A DNA stretch of 64,000 nucleotides, taken from IMG/VR virus record IMGVR_UViG_3300017917_003066. One strand, 5' to 3'. Numbering within the stretch: position 1 is the stretch's first letter; each line of letters opens with the position of its first letter. A model generated the notes under the pieces. It worked only from the letters and a program-made list of their open reading frames with translations, made no database searches and had not been told where the DNA came from. Shown piece after piece: positions 49,976-58,708 of this stretch. The translations under genes and the position numbers were made by a program. The DNA is from an uncultured virus (IMG/VR IMGVR_UViG_3300017917_003066). Lineage: Duplodnaviria; Heunggongvirae; Uroviricota; Caudoviricetes.

Positions 49976-50256
49976 AACAATATAGATTTAATTTTATCTT
50001 CTCTTTGTTCCATAAGTATTTGTCTTTCAGTTTTACTGAAATGATAAGAGGCATACTCATTTTCATATCCACCGTCTGTTATCAAAACAACAAGTAAGAT
50101 ATTAACCGTCATCCCAGGTCTCTTATAACATCTAACTACTTGATAAGGTTTGTTAGGTGTTATAGACTTCCAACTTTTTTTAGTTGTAAAGACTTCAGTA
50201 CCTGGTTCAAAATCAGGATAATGTCTATCTTTAGCATATATTCCATCCCAACTCAT
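49972..50256 (-). CDS. SH3-like protein with C-terminal tag
   Basis: ITPNKPYQV; ends REDKIKSILL. Confidence 0.7.
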   Translation of the reverse strand: MSWDGIYAKDRHYPDFEPGTEVFTTKKSWKSITPNKPYQVVRCYKRPGMTVNILLVVLITDGGYENEYASYHFSKTERQILMEQREDKIKSILL

Positions 50257-50543
50257 AATATCATTCTTAGTTTATATTCTCTAATAATCGATAGTATATT
50301 TTGTCTATCAATATCAGTGAAACAATTTTGATTAATAAACTCATTTGATATTAGATGTTTCTCAGTTCTTTTAATAACTTCAACATCATCTGGTTTAACC
50401 ATGTCTTTGATTCTTCTTAAATATTCATAAGCGTCTATATTACGAACATCTACTAAATACTCTGAAATAGTTCTACATAGATTACCAACTCTTAGGTATA
50501 ATCTATCTTCTGGATATTTTATGTAGTTGTAATCTTTAAGCAT
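50253..50543 (-). CDS. hypothetical protein with C-terminal tag
   Basis: ends REYKLRMIL. Confidence 0.7.
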   Translation of the reverse strand: MLKDYNYIKYPEDRLYLRVGNLCRTISEYLVDVRNIDAYEYLRRIKDMVKPDDVEVIKRTEKHLISNEFINQNCFTDIDRQNILSIIREYKLRMIL

Positions 50544-51124
50544 TATTTTAGTAATCTATCTAATTGTAAATTTCTTAATTCATCCGTAGTTCTATGAAAC
50601 CACCAAGTTCTCTCATAAGCTTGTTTTAATTGTTTCCAATTTGGCATTGAATCCCAAACACCATAAACTAAAAGATAATCATGCCATATTGGTAGCCGTT
50701 GAGTCTCTGTTTCAAGTTCACCAATATACCTTTCGAAGATTCTTTTAGAACCATCTTTATCACTATACTCATATTCATATTGTGCATTCCACTCCCAAGT
50801 TCTACGATAGTCAACCCACTCAATTTCAAGAGTTTGGTCACACGGTAGTGAGTTTAAATAAAGTCCTAACTTTGGATAAAACAATTCATGATCATGAGGT
50901 ACATTAGATTTATACCTACCATCTAATAGTTTCTCATAAAGAAAGAACTGACCCATTTTTTTAGGTGAGTTAATCTTAAAAAACTCATACTTGTGAAAAT
51001 GTTCATTAAATAATTTCTTATCAACAACAGTAACACCTTGAGGATTTCCCATAGGTGTTAAACCATCATCTTCTAAAATGTAGATTGACTTTGATTTACT
51101 TTTTAATACTTCTTCTTTTGTCAT
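50543..51124 (-). CDS. hypothetical protein with C-terminal tag
   Basis: ends RNLQLDRLLK. Confidence 0.75.
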   Translation of the reverse strand: MTKEEVLKSKSKSIYILEDDGLTPMGNPQGVTVVDKKLFNEHFHKYEFFKINSPKKMGQFFLYEKLLDGRYKSNVPHDHELFYPKLGLYLNSLPCDQTLEIEWVDYRRTWEWNAQYEYEYSDKDGSKRIFERYIGELETETQRLPIWHDYLLVYGVWDSMPNWKQLKQAYERTWWFHRTTDELRNLQLDRLLK

Positions 51125-51756
51125 AGCTTAATATCTTCTAATACTTCATTAAGAAGTTTAAATTTTTTGTAAACTCTGCTATATCTATACTGATCGTCAC
51201 ATTGAACGTAATATTTTTTATCACCAATAGAAACAGTAAGAGTATTAGGGGCTTCTTTTTCTTTGTAGATAAATCTCAATTTATCTTCAACCATTTCTGA
51301 TAGAATTTCTCTAACACGAAGGTGGTAGTATTTAGTGTTACCCTGTAAGGATTCGTATAATTCACCAAGCTCAAATGCTTTCTCATTAGAAAGAAGAAAT
51401 TCTAATTTTTCATTTCTATTATGAATTGTTTTATCGGAATTAAATTTAACTAAATCAGCTGAACGAATTCCCCAAGAATCATATTCAGAATTCTTGCTTA
51501 ATTCTCTTTGATAGATTTTGCCTTCTCGATTGAAATAAACCTTTCTTTTATCTTTTTCAAATTCTTGAACTTCATCGATAATTCTATTAACACAATCAAC
51601 AACAAGTTTTTGTCTAACTGAGTGTCTATCTAAAACTTTTAGATATAGTTTATGAATCGATTCAATAGTCCATACTTTAGGCTCACGTTTGAACTTCATT
51701 TTGAAGAAGTCAGAGTTACCCCAGAATCTTTGATAATTTAAATGATTATATCTCAT
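51121..51756 (-). CDS. hypothetical protein with internal tag-like motif
   Basis: likely start MRYNH at 51756 after TATATTTG at 51762-51769; internal RNEKLEFLL. Confidence 0.75.
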   Translation of the reverse strand: MRYNHLNYQRFWGNSDFFKMKFKREPKVWTIESIHKLYLKVLDRHSVRQKLVVDCVNRIIDEVQEFEKDKRKVYFNREGKIYQRELSKNSEYDSWGIRSADLVKFNSDKTIHNRNEKLEFLLSNEKAFELGELYESLQGNTKYYHLRVREILSEMVEDKLRFIYKEKEAPNTLTVSIGDKKYYVQCDDQYRYSRVYKKFKLLNEVLEDIKL

Positions 51757-51813
51757 ATGTGCAAATATAGTGAAAAAAATTAAAGTTGTGAAAATAAATT
51801 TAATATATAGTTT

Positions 51814-52926
51814 ATGGCGATTAAACACATCATAGACAATGCAGATAATTCTTTAGGAACTCAAAGTATAAGTGGTACAGTTTCTGTTGGTAATTTAACA
51901 ATTACAGACATACAATCAACAACAGGTTTAACAAATTATGTTGTTGTTGATGTTAATGGTAATACTTACTATCAATCTGGGCCTAGTGGATCTGGATCAA
52001 CTGGTACTTCAGGAACTTCAGGCACAGATGGTTCGTCAGGAACAAGTGGAAACGATGGATCTTCTGGAACAAGTGGTGAGTCAGGATCATCAGGAACATC
52101 TGGTGAGTCAGGATCATCAGGAACATCTGGTGAGTCAGGATCATCAGGAACATCTGGTGTAACAGGATCATCAGGAACATCTGGTGTTGATGGTACATTT
52201 ATGGGTTCTTCTGGAACTTCAGGAAACGATGGATCATCAGGAACTTCAGGTAACGATGGATCATCGGGAACATCTGGTATAGGAACTGATGGATCATCGG
52301 GAACTTCTGGTAATTCAGGATCAAGTGGAACCTCAGGTATAGGAACTGACGGATCATCAGGAACTTCTGGTAATAATGGATCTTCTGGTACTAGTGGTGA
52401 TAATGGATCCTCTGGTACTAGTGGTATTTCAGGATCATCCGGAACATCTGGTATAGGAACTGACGGATCATCCGGAACATCTGGTAATTCAGGATCAAGT
52501 GGAACTTCTGGTAATTCAGGATCAAGTGGAACTTCTGGTAATTCAGGATCAAGTGGAACTTCTGGTAATAACGGATCATCCGGAACATCAGGTATTTCAG
52601 GATCAAGTGGAACTTCTGGTAATAACGGATCATCCGGAACATCAGGTATTTCAGGATCATCCGGAACATCGGGGAATTCGGGATCAAGCGGAACAAGTGG
52701 TGCTGATGGATCAGGATCAAGCGGAACATCAGGTACTAGTCCTGTAATGAGTGCTGCATTTTTTGCATATACTTGGGGTCTAGGTGACGGTGGCCCTGCT
52801 TGTATGACAGGTGATGGATTACCTGGAACTTGGCAATTTTCAAGTGATGAAGTTGTTATAACCCCTGAAACTCAGGGTACATATTCTTGCTTTGGATTAA
52901 GAGTTTGTTGTGTACCTAACGCATAA
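51814..52926 (+). CDS. GSSGTSG-repeat low-complexity (fibre-like) protein
   Basis: about two-thirds of 370 aa is (x)GSSGTSG; TAATATATA at 51801-51809. Confidence 0.8.
   Translation: MAIKHIIDNADNSLGTQSISGTVSVGNLTITDIQSTTGLTNYVVVDVNGNTYYQSGPSGSGSTGTSGTSGTDGSSGTSGNDGSSGTSGESGSSGTSGESGSSGTSGESGSSGTSGVTGSSGTSGVDGTFMGSSGTSGNDGSSGTSGNDGSSGTSGIGTDGSSGTSGNSGSSGTSGIGTDGSSGTSGNNGSSGTSGDNGSSGTSGISGSSGTSGIGTDGSSGTSGNSGSSGTSGNSGSSGTSGNSGSSGTSGNNGSSGTSGISGSSGTSGNNGSSGTSGISGSSGTSGNSGSSGTSGADGSGSSGTSGTSPVMSAAFFAYTWGLGDGGPACMTGDGLPGTWQFSSDEVVITPETQGTYSCFGLRVCCVPNA
51994..52740 (+). repeat. in-frame tandem repeat encoding GSSGTSG (mostly 27-nt units)
   Basis: e.g. ggtgagtcaggatcatcaggaacatct repeated; roughly 25 units. 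Confidence 0.9.
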
Positions 52927-52927
52927 T

Positions 52928-52960
52928 AAAAAAAGCCACATATTTTATGTGGCTTTTTTT
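52928..52960. terminator. bidirectional intrinsic terminator
   Basis: A7-GCCACATA-ttt-TATGTGGC-T7. Confidence 0.85.
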
Positions 52961-52961
52961 G

Positions 52962-53077
52962 TACAAGAGGATGGATTCGCACCATCACGATTTAGTTACC
53001 TATCAATCAACCCTTTAATCAGGTCACGTCTACTATTAACACTTCACTAGTAAAATGTTTGTTTCCGCCACTCTTGT
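52962..53077 (-). ncRNA. tRNA-Leu-like RNA with D-loop hairpin insertion and aberrant anticodon arm
   Basis: perfect acceptor ACAAGAG/CTCTTGT; TGGCGGAA...GTAGACG D-arm; T-arm GATGG-TGCGAAT-CCATC; long variable arm. Confidence 0.6.
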
Positions 53078-53078
53078 A

Positions 53079-53168
53079 TGGCGGAGGCTCAGGGATTCGA
53101 ACCCCGGTTACCCTCACGAGTAAAGCAGTTTTCAAGACTGCCGCATTCGACCGCTCTGCCAAACCTCC
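53079..53168 (-). tRNA. tRNA-Ser (anticodon TGA), CCA encoded
   Basis: GGAGGTT...GCAGT-CTTGAAA-ACTGC, long variable arm, GGTTCGAATCC, GCCTCCGCCA. Confidence 0.93.
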
Positions 53169-53638
53169 TATTTGATAATTGTTCCAAAGAAAATCAGTGG
53201 AACATTACCTTGTGTGTTATACACAATATCTGATAAATTGTTGTATCGATTTGTGTAAATATAATTATTTTTTTCAGTTATTCTAATATCTGATAAATTA
53301 TCAAATCTACCTTCAAAGATATTCTTACCATCTGTGTTAATAACTAAATTGGATATATCTTCATATCTACCTCTGTAAACATTCTTACCATTGAATGTGT
53401 ATAAAATATCTGATTGATTTGTGAATCTACCACGGTAGATATACTTACCATCAAAAGTATAAAGTATGTCTTGTTGGTTAGTGAAACGACCTCTATAAAG
53501 GTGTTTACCATCCCAAGTATAAAGAATATCTGATTGATTCTTGAGTCGACCTCTAAAGATGTAAGATTGTGCCATAACGTAGTGATTTGATATACAAATA
53601 TACATCAAAATAACTAATAATAAAAATTTAATTTTCAT
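53168..53638 (-). CDS. secreted repeat protein
   Basis: signal peptide; about six 20-aa repeats YRGRFTNQSDILYTFDGK.. Confidence 0.8.
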   Translation of the reverse strand: MKIKFLLLVILMYICISNHYVMAQSYIFRGRLKNQSDILYTWDGKHLYRGRFTNQQDILYTFDGKYIYRGRFTNQSDILYTFNGKNVYRGRYEDISNLVINTDGKNIFEGRFDNLSDIRITEKNNYIYTNRYNNLSDIVYNTQGNVPLIFFGTIIK

Positions 53639-53883
53639 TATTTTTCTATACTATACACTTTATATGGTGCAATAATTGTTAACTTAGATCCATTTGAATT
53701 ATAATACCAGATAGAATCATCATTAAATCCATGAATTGTATCTGTATATGCAACTGCGGAATGTGTTGAATCTTGTCCTTGTTTACCTTTTATTTTAACA
53801 TCTCCTACAATTTTATACTTGTAGTTTGTTCCATTGCAAGAAAACAGACTAATCATCAAGGTGATAAAAATATACTTTTTCAT
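53638..53883 (-). CDS. small lipoprotein
   Basis: lipobox-like SLFSC. Confidence 0.65.
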   Translation of the reverse strand: MKKYIFITLMISLFSCNGTNYKYKIVGDVKIKGKQGQDSTHSAVAYTDTIHGFNDDSIWYYNSNGSKLTIIAPYKVYSIEK

Positions 53884-53885
53884 AA

Positions 53886-54236
53886 TTAAGACTTTCTTTT
53901 TATTTTATAAGCCAGTTCATCAACATAGTTTCTGTTGAGATATCCATATTGTTCACAGATTTTAATTATAAAATCTTTACTTGGTTTACCGTATATTTTA
54001 CCTAAAACAACACCTGTTTCAGTGTGTTTCAAGATAGTAACATCGTTGTTTAATGAGTCACCTGGTGTTGATTCGATTATGAAATTACAACAGAACTCAT
54101 TATCAAGTCTCATCTTTTGAAAATGTGTTGTATCATTAACATTTGAATATTTATACTCAACTGTTAATATTGGGTTGTCTGCTTTTGCTATTTGAAATAG
54201 TGACAAAAATATTAATGATAAGATTATTTTTTTCAT
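53886..54236 (-). CDS. secreted hypothetical protein
   Basis: signal peptide; TATATTTG at 54241-54248. Confidence 0.7.
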   Translation of the reverse strand: MKKIILSLIFLSLFQIAKADNPILTVEYKYSNVNDTTHFQKMRLDNEFCCNFIIESTPGDSLNNDVTILKHTETGVVLGKIYGKPSKDFIIKICEQYGYLNRNYVDELAYKIKRKS

Positions 54237-54259
54237 AATACAAATATAGTAGTATATTT

Positions 54260-56143
54260 TTAAATATTATAATTTTTTTCTATTTTTTCCATGATTAATT
54301 CTGGTGTTATTGCTTTAGTACAGATAAATCTTCTTAATTCATCATGTCTATAAAATGGACACCACAACCAATCACCTGGATCAAATTTATTTTCTGGATT
54401 ATTAAAACAACCGTGACAAACAGACTCATCATACACTCTTATTGTTTTATCATCAACAAACTCATGATCTTTAGAAGTAGCATTTGATATTATAACAGTA
54501 GGTTTTCCAACAGCTTGTGACAACCAAGATAATCCACTACTTAAACCTATAAAGAATTCAGAATGGTAAAGATAATTAATAGTGTCTTCTAAAGATAATC
54601 CATTCTTTTTAACTGATTTACTTGGAGCTTCATTGAAGTTATTTTTTATACCAAACGAGAAATCTTTATCAATACAAACTGGTGTTAGTCCTTTTTTTCT
54701 AAGCATTCCACATAGTATATCCCAACCACCTGGATAATTCCAATACTTACATTGAGCTGTACTCTGAATAGCTATACAAACATACTTAGATTTTATAGGT
54801 CTCTCTTTAATTTTAACATCAATCTTAGGTTCAACGCCAGATGCATCCATTTCAAAATCTGATGCAAATCCGTCTAACAACGGCATATCAAATTTATATG
54901 TTGTTAGTATTTTCTCATTGAAGTAGTCATTATTTATCTTCCAAAGGTTATCACTTGGTATGTATTCGTATGTTGAGTTTTTATCATAGAATTTTATTTC
55001 AGGATAAGACTTTCTAAATAAATCTGGATTTTTACAGATAACAGAAACATTCTTATTACTTTCTTTTCTAAATTTATTAATTACTGCAATAGCACCAATA
55101 GTATCACCTAAAGCATTGCTTTGTATTTCTACAAGTGTTTTTTCAGAATTTGTTATATTAGTTGTTTCTTTTTCAATAACAACATTTTCTAGTTCCCAAA
55201 TATTCTTAACCGATTCAAAAACTTTATTAAAAGATGGGTTACAATCAAATGATTGTTTTTTCTCTAAACAAGTTGCGATTAAAGTAACAGATTGTATATT
55301 TCCCCAATCCCTTAATGAATATTTTAAGTCAGAGGCACAATGTAATCCACAACCACCAAGTATATACTCATACTTATAATCTTGACGACCTTTTCTATAT
55401 GGTGCTCTATACTCTGGTTTAATAGAACTACCAAGTTGTATTATATGAGTGTCTGTAGTTCCAGCTAAGTGTAATATACCTGAGTCCATTGTTATTACAC
55501 ACTGAGAACGATTTAGTATATGCCAAGTTTCATCTAATGATGTTTTATTTGATAAATCAACACCATTTTTAATATCTAATTTGAATACTGATTTTAAAGT
55601 AACACCATTAACTGAGTCTTCTCTTGCGTCTTTACCAACAACAACAACTGGCACTCCGATATCTTCTAAAGATATACAAAGAGCTTGCCAGTTATATTTA
55701 CTCCAAGTTCTAGAAGCCCAAGATTGAGCGGGGTGTATAACAACATATTTTTCAGGTAAATTAAATTTACTTAAACAACTAGAATCAACAGATGGATAGT
55801 AGTCACATGTAAGTTCATTTGGTGTTAGTAAGAATCCTAAATCTTTCGCATGAAATTGTCTGATGTCACACATTGCATGTTTAAATTCAATACCTCTAGA
55901 ATCTTGCTTTCCTAAAAGGAAAAATGTTTTATGTAAATCATACATCTCAGATAGTACTTCTTCAGGGTATAAATCAAAGTGTATACTTTCTTCTACATAA
56001 GGACAATTTTGAAAAAGATATGGATGATTTGATATAACGGTTATCTGTGACTTGTATATTTCAGATAGTTTTTTAATGGTTGGTGTTGCTGATATTAAGT
56101 CACCTATTGCTGCTGCTGATGAGTAAAAAGCCTGTTTCTTCAT
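54260..56143 (-). CDS. tandem GT9 glycosyltransferase; C-terminal half autotransporter-heptosyltransferase (Aah/TibC)-like
   Basis: IGDLI...DSGILHLAG in half 1; ALGDTI, YVCIAIQSTAQCKYWN..GW, FIGLSSGLSWL, CHGCFN...WCP...CTKAIT in half 2. Confidence 0.8.
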   Translation of the reverse strand: MKKQAFYSSAAAIGDLISATPTIKKLSEIYKSQITVISNHPYLFQNCPYVEESIHFDLYPEEVLSEMYDLHKTFFLLGKQDSRGIEFKHAMCDIRQFHAKDLGFLLTPNELTCDYYPSVDSSCLSKFNLPEKYVVIHPAQSWASRTWSKYNWQALCISLEDIGVPVVVVGKDAREDSVNGVTLKSVFKLDIKNGVDLSNKTSLDETWHILNRSQCVITMDSGILHLAGTTDTHIIQLGSSIKPEYRAPYRKGRQDYKYEYILGGCGLHCASDLKYSLRDWGNIQSVTLIATCLEKKQSFDCNPSFNKVFESVKNIWELENVVIEKETTNITNSEKTLVEIQSNALGDTIGAIAVINKFRKESNKNVSVICKNPDLFRKSYPEIKFYDKNSTYEYIPSDNLWKINNDYFNEKILTTYKFDMPLLDGFASDFEMDASGVEPKIDVKIKERPIKSKYVCIAIQSTAQCKYWNYPGGWDILCGMLRKKGLTPVCIDKDFSFGIKNNFNEAPSKSVKKNGLSLEDTINYLYHSEFFIGLSSGLSWLSQAVGKPTVIISNATSKDHEFVDDKTIRVYDESVCHGCFNNPENKFDPGDWLWCPFYRHDELRRFICTKAITPELIMEKIEKNYNI

Positions 56144-56189
56144 TAAGGTATTTTTAATTTATACCTTATATGTAAATATTTGATAAATG

Positions 56190-56954
56190 TTAGGAAATAA
56201 TTTGAAAATTATCTCTATCTGATAAAAAAGGTAAGTTTTTTCTTATTTTATCTAAATCAATTTTATTCAAGGTATTAGTGTAAATATCCTCACTATGTGG
56301 TCTAATATAAATGGTTTCACCCAAGGCATTTACTAATGAACTCTCACCACTGTAAAAGTTTCCATTATTATCAAATCCAACTCTATTAACACCTATAACA
56401 TAACATTGATTTTCAATGGCTCTAGATACCAATAAGTTTTTCCAAGCATGTTTTCTTGAAGTGGGCCAGTTAGCCACATACAATAAAATATCATAATCTT
56501 CTAAGTTTCTAGACCAAACAGGAAATCTCAAATCGTAACATATTAAAGGACGTATCTTCCAACCTTTATATTCAATTACTAATTTGGTATTACCTGGTGT
56601 GTAACTTTTATCTTCTCCTGAGAATGAGAACAGATGTTTTTTATCATAGTGATAAATTGTTCCATCAGGATTAACCCATATAAATCTATTGTAAAATTTA
56701 TTATTTTCTTTTATAATAATAGATCCGCATATCGCTGAGTTTAACTTTGATGAATTTTCTCTCATCCAATTTACAGTTAAACCATTCATATCTTCGGCTA
56801 AATTTTCAGGATACATTGTAAATCCTGTAGTAAACATTTCAGGTAAAATAATAACATCTGTTTTAATATCATTTATTTTATCCTGATATATTCTTAGATT
56901 TTCAAATATGTTTTCCCAAACTATATCAGTTTGTACTAAGGTAACACTTATCAT
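56190..56954 (-). CDS. nitrilase-family amidohydrolase (YafV/omega-amidase-like)
   Basis: LPEMFTTGF, YDKKHLF, ICYDLRFP, RAIENQCYV.GVNRVG. Confidence 0.9.
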   Translation of the reverse strand: MISVTLVQTDIVWENIFENLRIYQDKINDIKTDVIILPEMFTTGFTMYPENLAEDMNGLTVNWMRENSSKLNSAICGSIIIKENNKFYNRFIWVNPDGTIYHYDKKHLFSFSGEDKSYTPGNTKLVIEYKGWKIRPLICYDLRFPVWSRNLEDYDILLYVANWPTSRKHAWKNLLVSRAIENQCYVIGVNRVGFDNNGNFYSGESSLVNALGETIYIRPHSEDIYTNTLNKIDLDKIRKNLPFLSDRDNFQIIS

Positions 56955-57334
56955 TTATATTCTTTGTAGTCTTTTTGTTCCTTGATTTCAGAGTTTGTCA
57001 AATTGTTTATTTTATCTTTGAGTCTAAATCTTTCATCATTTGTATAATAAACACCTCTTGCTAGTTCTATAAATTTTGAATCAAAATTTTTTGTACTCTC
57101 AATTACTCTCAACTCATCTTCTATTTCCCATAATTTAAGATTAACATCTATTAAATTTTTATATGTTGATAAAATCTCTTCATCTTTAAAATACTCAATA
57201 GACATATTAAATAATATGTCATATTCCTTTTCTATAAATTTTAATTTTTCGGTGTTTTTAACCTTACCTTTTTTAACTTGTAATATTGATAGTTTGTCTA
57301 TCATCTCACCAACGCTAACTGGAATAGAAATCAT
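56951..57334 (-). CDS. DUF6165-like protein
   Basis: PVSVGEMIDKLSILQ.K, LWEIEDELR, FIELAR.VY.TNDER...K..IN. Confidence 0.7.
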   Translation of the reverse strand: MISIPVSVGEMIDKLSILQVKKGKVKNTEKLKFIEKEYDILFNMSIEYFKDEEILSTYKNLIDVNLKLWEIEDELRVIESTKNFDSKFIELARGVYYTNDERFRLKDKINNLTNSEIKEQKDYKEYK

Positions 57335-57377
57335 ATTAGATATTTTTTATTATTATATTATAATATGATGGTAATGT

Positions 57378-57701
57378 TTAAACAGCAAATGATTCACCAC
57401 ATCCACAAGTTCTACTTGCGTTTGGATTATTAAAAACAAATCCTTTTCCATTCAAACCACCTGAGTAATCAAGTTCTGTTCCAAATAGGTAAAGAAAACT
57501 CTTTTTATCACAAACAATTTTAATTCCTTTGTCCTCAAACTCTTGGTCACCTTCGTTTATTTTATTATCAAATGATAGATCATATGATAGTCCAGAGCAA
57601 CCACCACCCTTAACACCTACTCTAATAAAACTATTTTCTAAACCTTCTTCACTCATTAGTTTCAAGGCTTGACTCTTAGCTGATTCTGTTACTGTTATCA
57701 T
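57378..57701 (-). CDS. iscA: Fe-S cluster assembly accessory protein (IscA/HesB)
   Basis: RVGVKGGGCSGLSY, FNNPNASRTCGCGESF. Confidence 0.92.
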   Translation of the reverse strand: MITVTESAKSQALKLMSEEGLENSFIRVGVKGGGCSGLSYDLSFDNKINEGDQEFEDKGIKIVCDKKSFLYLFGTELDYSGGLNGKGFVFNNPNASRTCGCGESFAV

Positions 57702-57767
57702 ATATGTTATATAAAAAAACCTCAAAAAAGATTTTGAGGTTTTATATTATTTTTAGTTAATTTACTA

Positions 57768-58157
57768 TTATAGAGGAGCACCACCACCAACTCTGTAGTG
57801 ATGTGTAGGTCTATTAGCTTTATTGAATTCTTCTTCAACTTCTTTAGCTATTTCTTTAGGATCTCTATCAGGATTTTCTTTTACCTTGTCAAGAATCATT
57901 TTGTTTAACTTTTCTTTATCTTCTTTTTTACTTCTAATAGCAGATATTAATAAAGGTGAAGTTAAACCTAAAGCACCAAGTACACCAACGATAGCTTCCC
58001 AGTTAGCATAGTACTCACCAGTTCCATCCATATGTGTATTTTGTAACCAACCCATGAACTGATTAAATAGTTCACCTACTGTAGCTAAATCAAACTCTTC
58101 GTTTATTTTAGAAACTTCTTGGTTTCCATAAGATTCAAATTTCTTAATATGTTTCAT
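57768..58157 (-). CDS. N-tagged protein with TM segment
   Basis: MKHIKKFESY...INEE; IVGVLGALGLT; TAATATATA at 58182-58190 (minus). Confidence 0.8.
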   Translation of the reverse strand: MKHIKKFESYGNQEVSKINEEFDLATVGELFNQFMGWLQNTHMDGTGEYYANWEAIVGVLGALGLTSPLLISAIRSKKEDKEKLNKMILDKVKENPDRDPKEIAKEVEEEFNKANRPTHHYRVGGGAPL

Positions 58158-58306
58158 ATTATTCTATTAATTTTTATAATGTATATATTAATAGTAAAAA
58201 TTGATTTTTTTGATTTTATTGAAAAGTTTCAAATATACCAATAAAAGCCGCTAAAACTATAGAAGCACTTCCTATAAAAAAGTAAACCGGAATTAGTAAA
58301 ATATTT

Positions 58307-58660
58307 TTAATCATTTATAATTTTATTAATTTTATTATCTCTATCGATATCTTTATTTCTCTTTAAGAATCCTACCCATTCATTCCTAATGTTTTCACTC
58401 TTCAATAGCTCTTTTCTTTTTCTATCACTATGTTTAACAAAAAATAGTAAAAAGTATAAAATATACTTATTTATACCTATGTCTTTGAATGAGTAAAAAT
58501 TTCCATTCTGAAGTGAAAATGTCCAAATTGATTTATCAAAATCTTTTTTAATAGAAACTACACCATTTGAATAGAAATCACTTCTTCCTTCAGAAGACCA
58601 ACTTGATTTTATTATTTGTTTAATAATGAATCTTCTTATATCTTTTAGAGAATTGTCCAT
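58307..58660 (-). CDS. hypothetical protein with C-terminal tag
   Basis: ends RDNKINKIIND. Confidence 0.7.
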   Translation of the reverse strand: MDNSLKDIRRFIIKQIIKSSWSSEGRSDFYSNGVVSIKKDFDKSIWTFSLQNGNFYSFKDIGINKYILYFLLFFVKHSDRKRKELLKSENIRNEWVGFLKRNKDIDRDNKINKIIND

Positions 58661-58708
58661 ACATATAATATATAATTTTATAATTCAAATGTTTAATATA
58701 TATACAAT

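Noticed and set aside
51938..52747. Alternative-frame and antisense ORFs over the GSSGTSG repeat (also 14517..14777)
   Set aside because: By-products of the repeat periodicity; the 370-aa frame has the promoter and terminator.
52962..53077. Reading the Leu-like RNA as an ochre (TTA anticodon) suppressor
   Set aside because: The loop lacks the conserved U33 context, and TAA is the main stop codon here; the anticodon cannot be assigned confidently.
1099..58011. Short antisense or nested ORFs in the track (e.g. 1099, 4739, 15964, 16811, 17508, 29947, 33631, 37488, 37783, 37847, 40565, 44042, 44530, 47005, 49758, 50140, 53935, 55116, 57823)
   Set aside because: They overlap better-supported genes and lack promoter motifs or recognisable domains.
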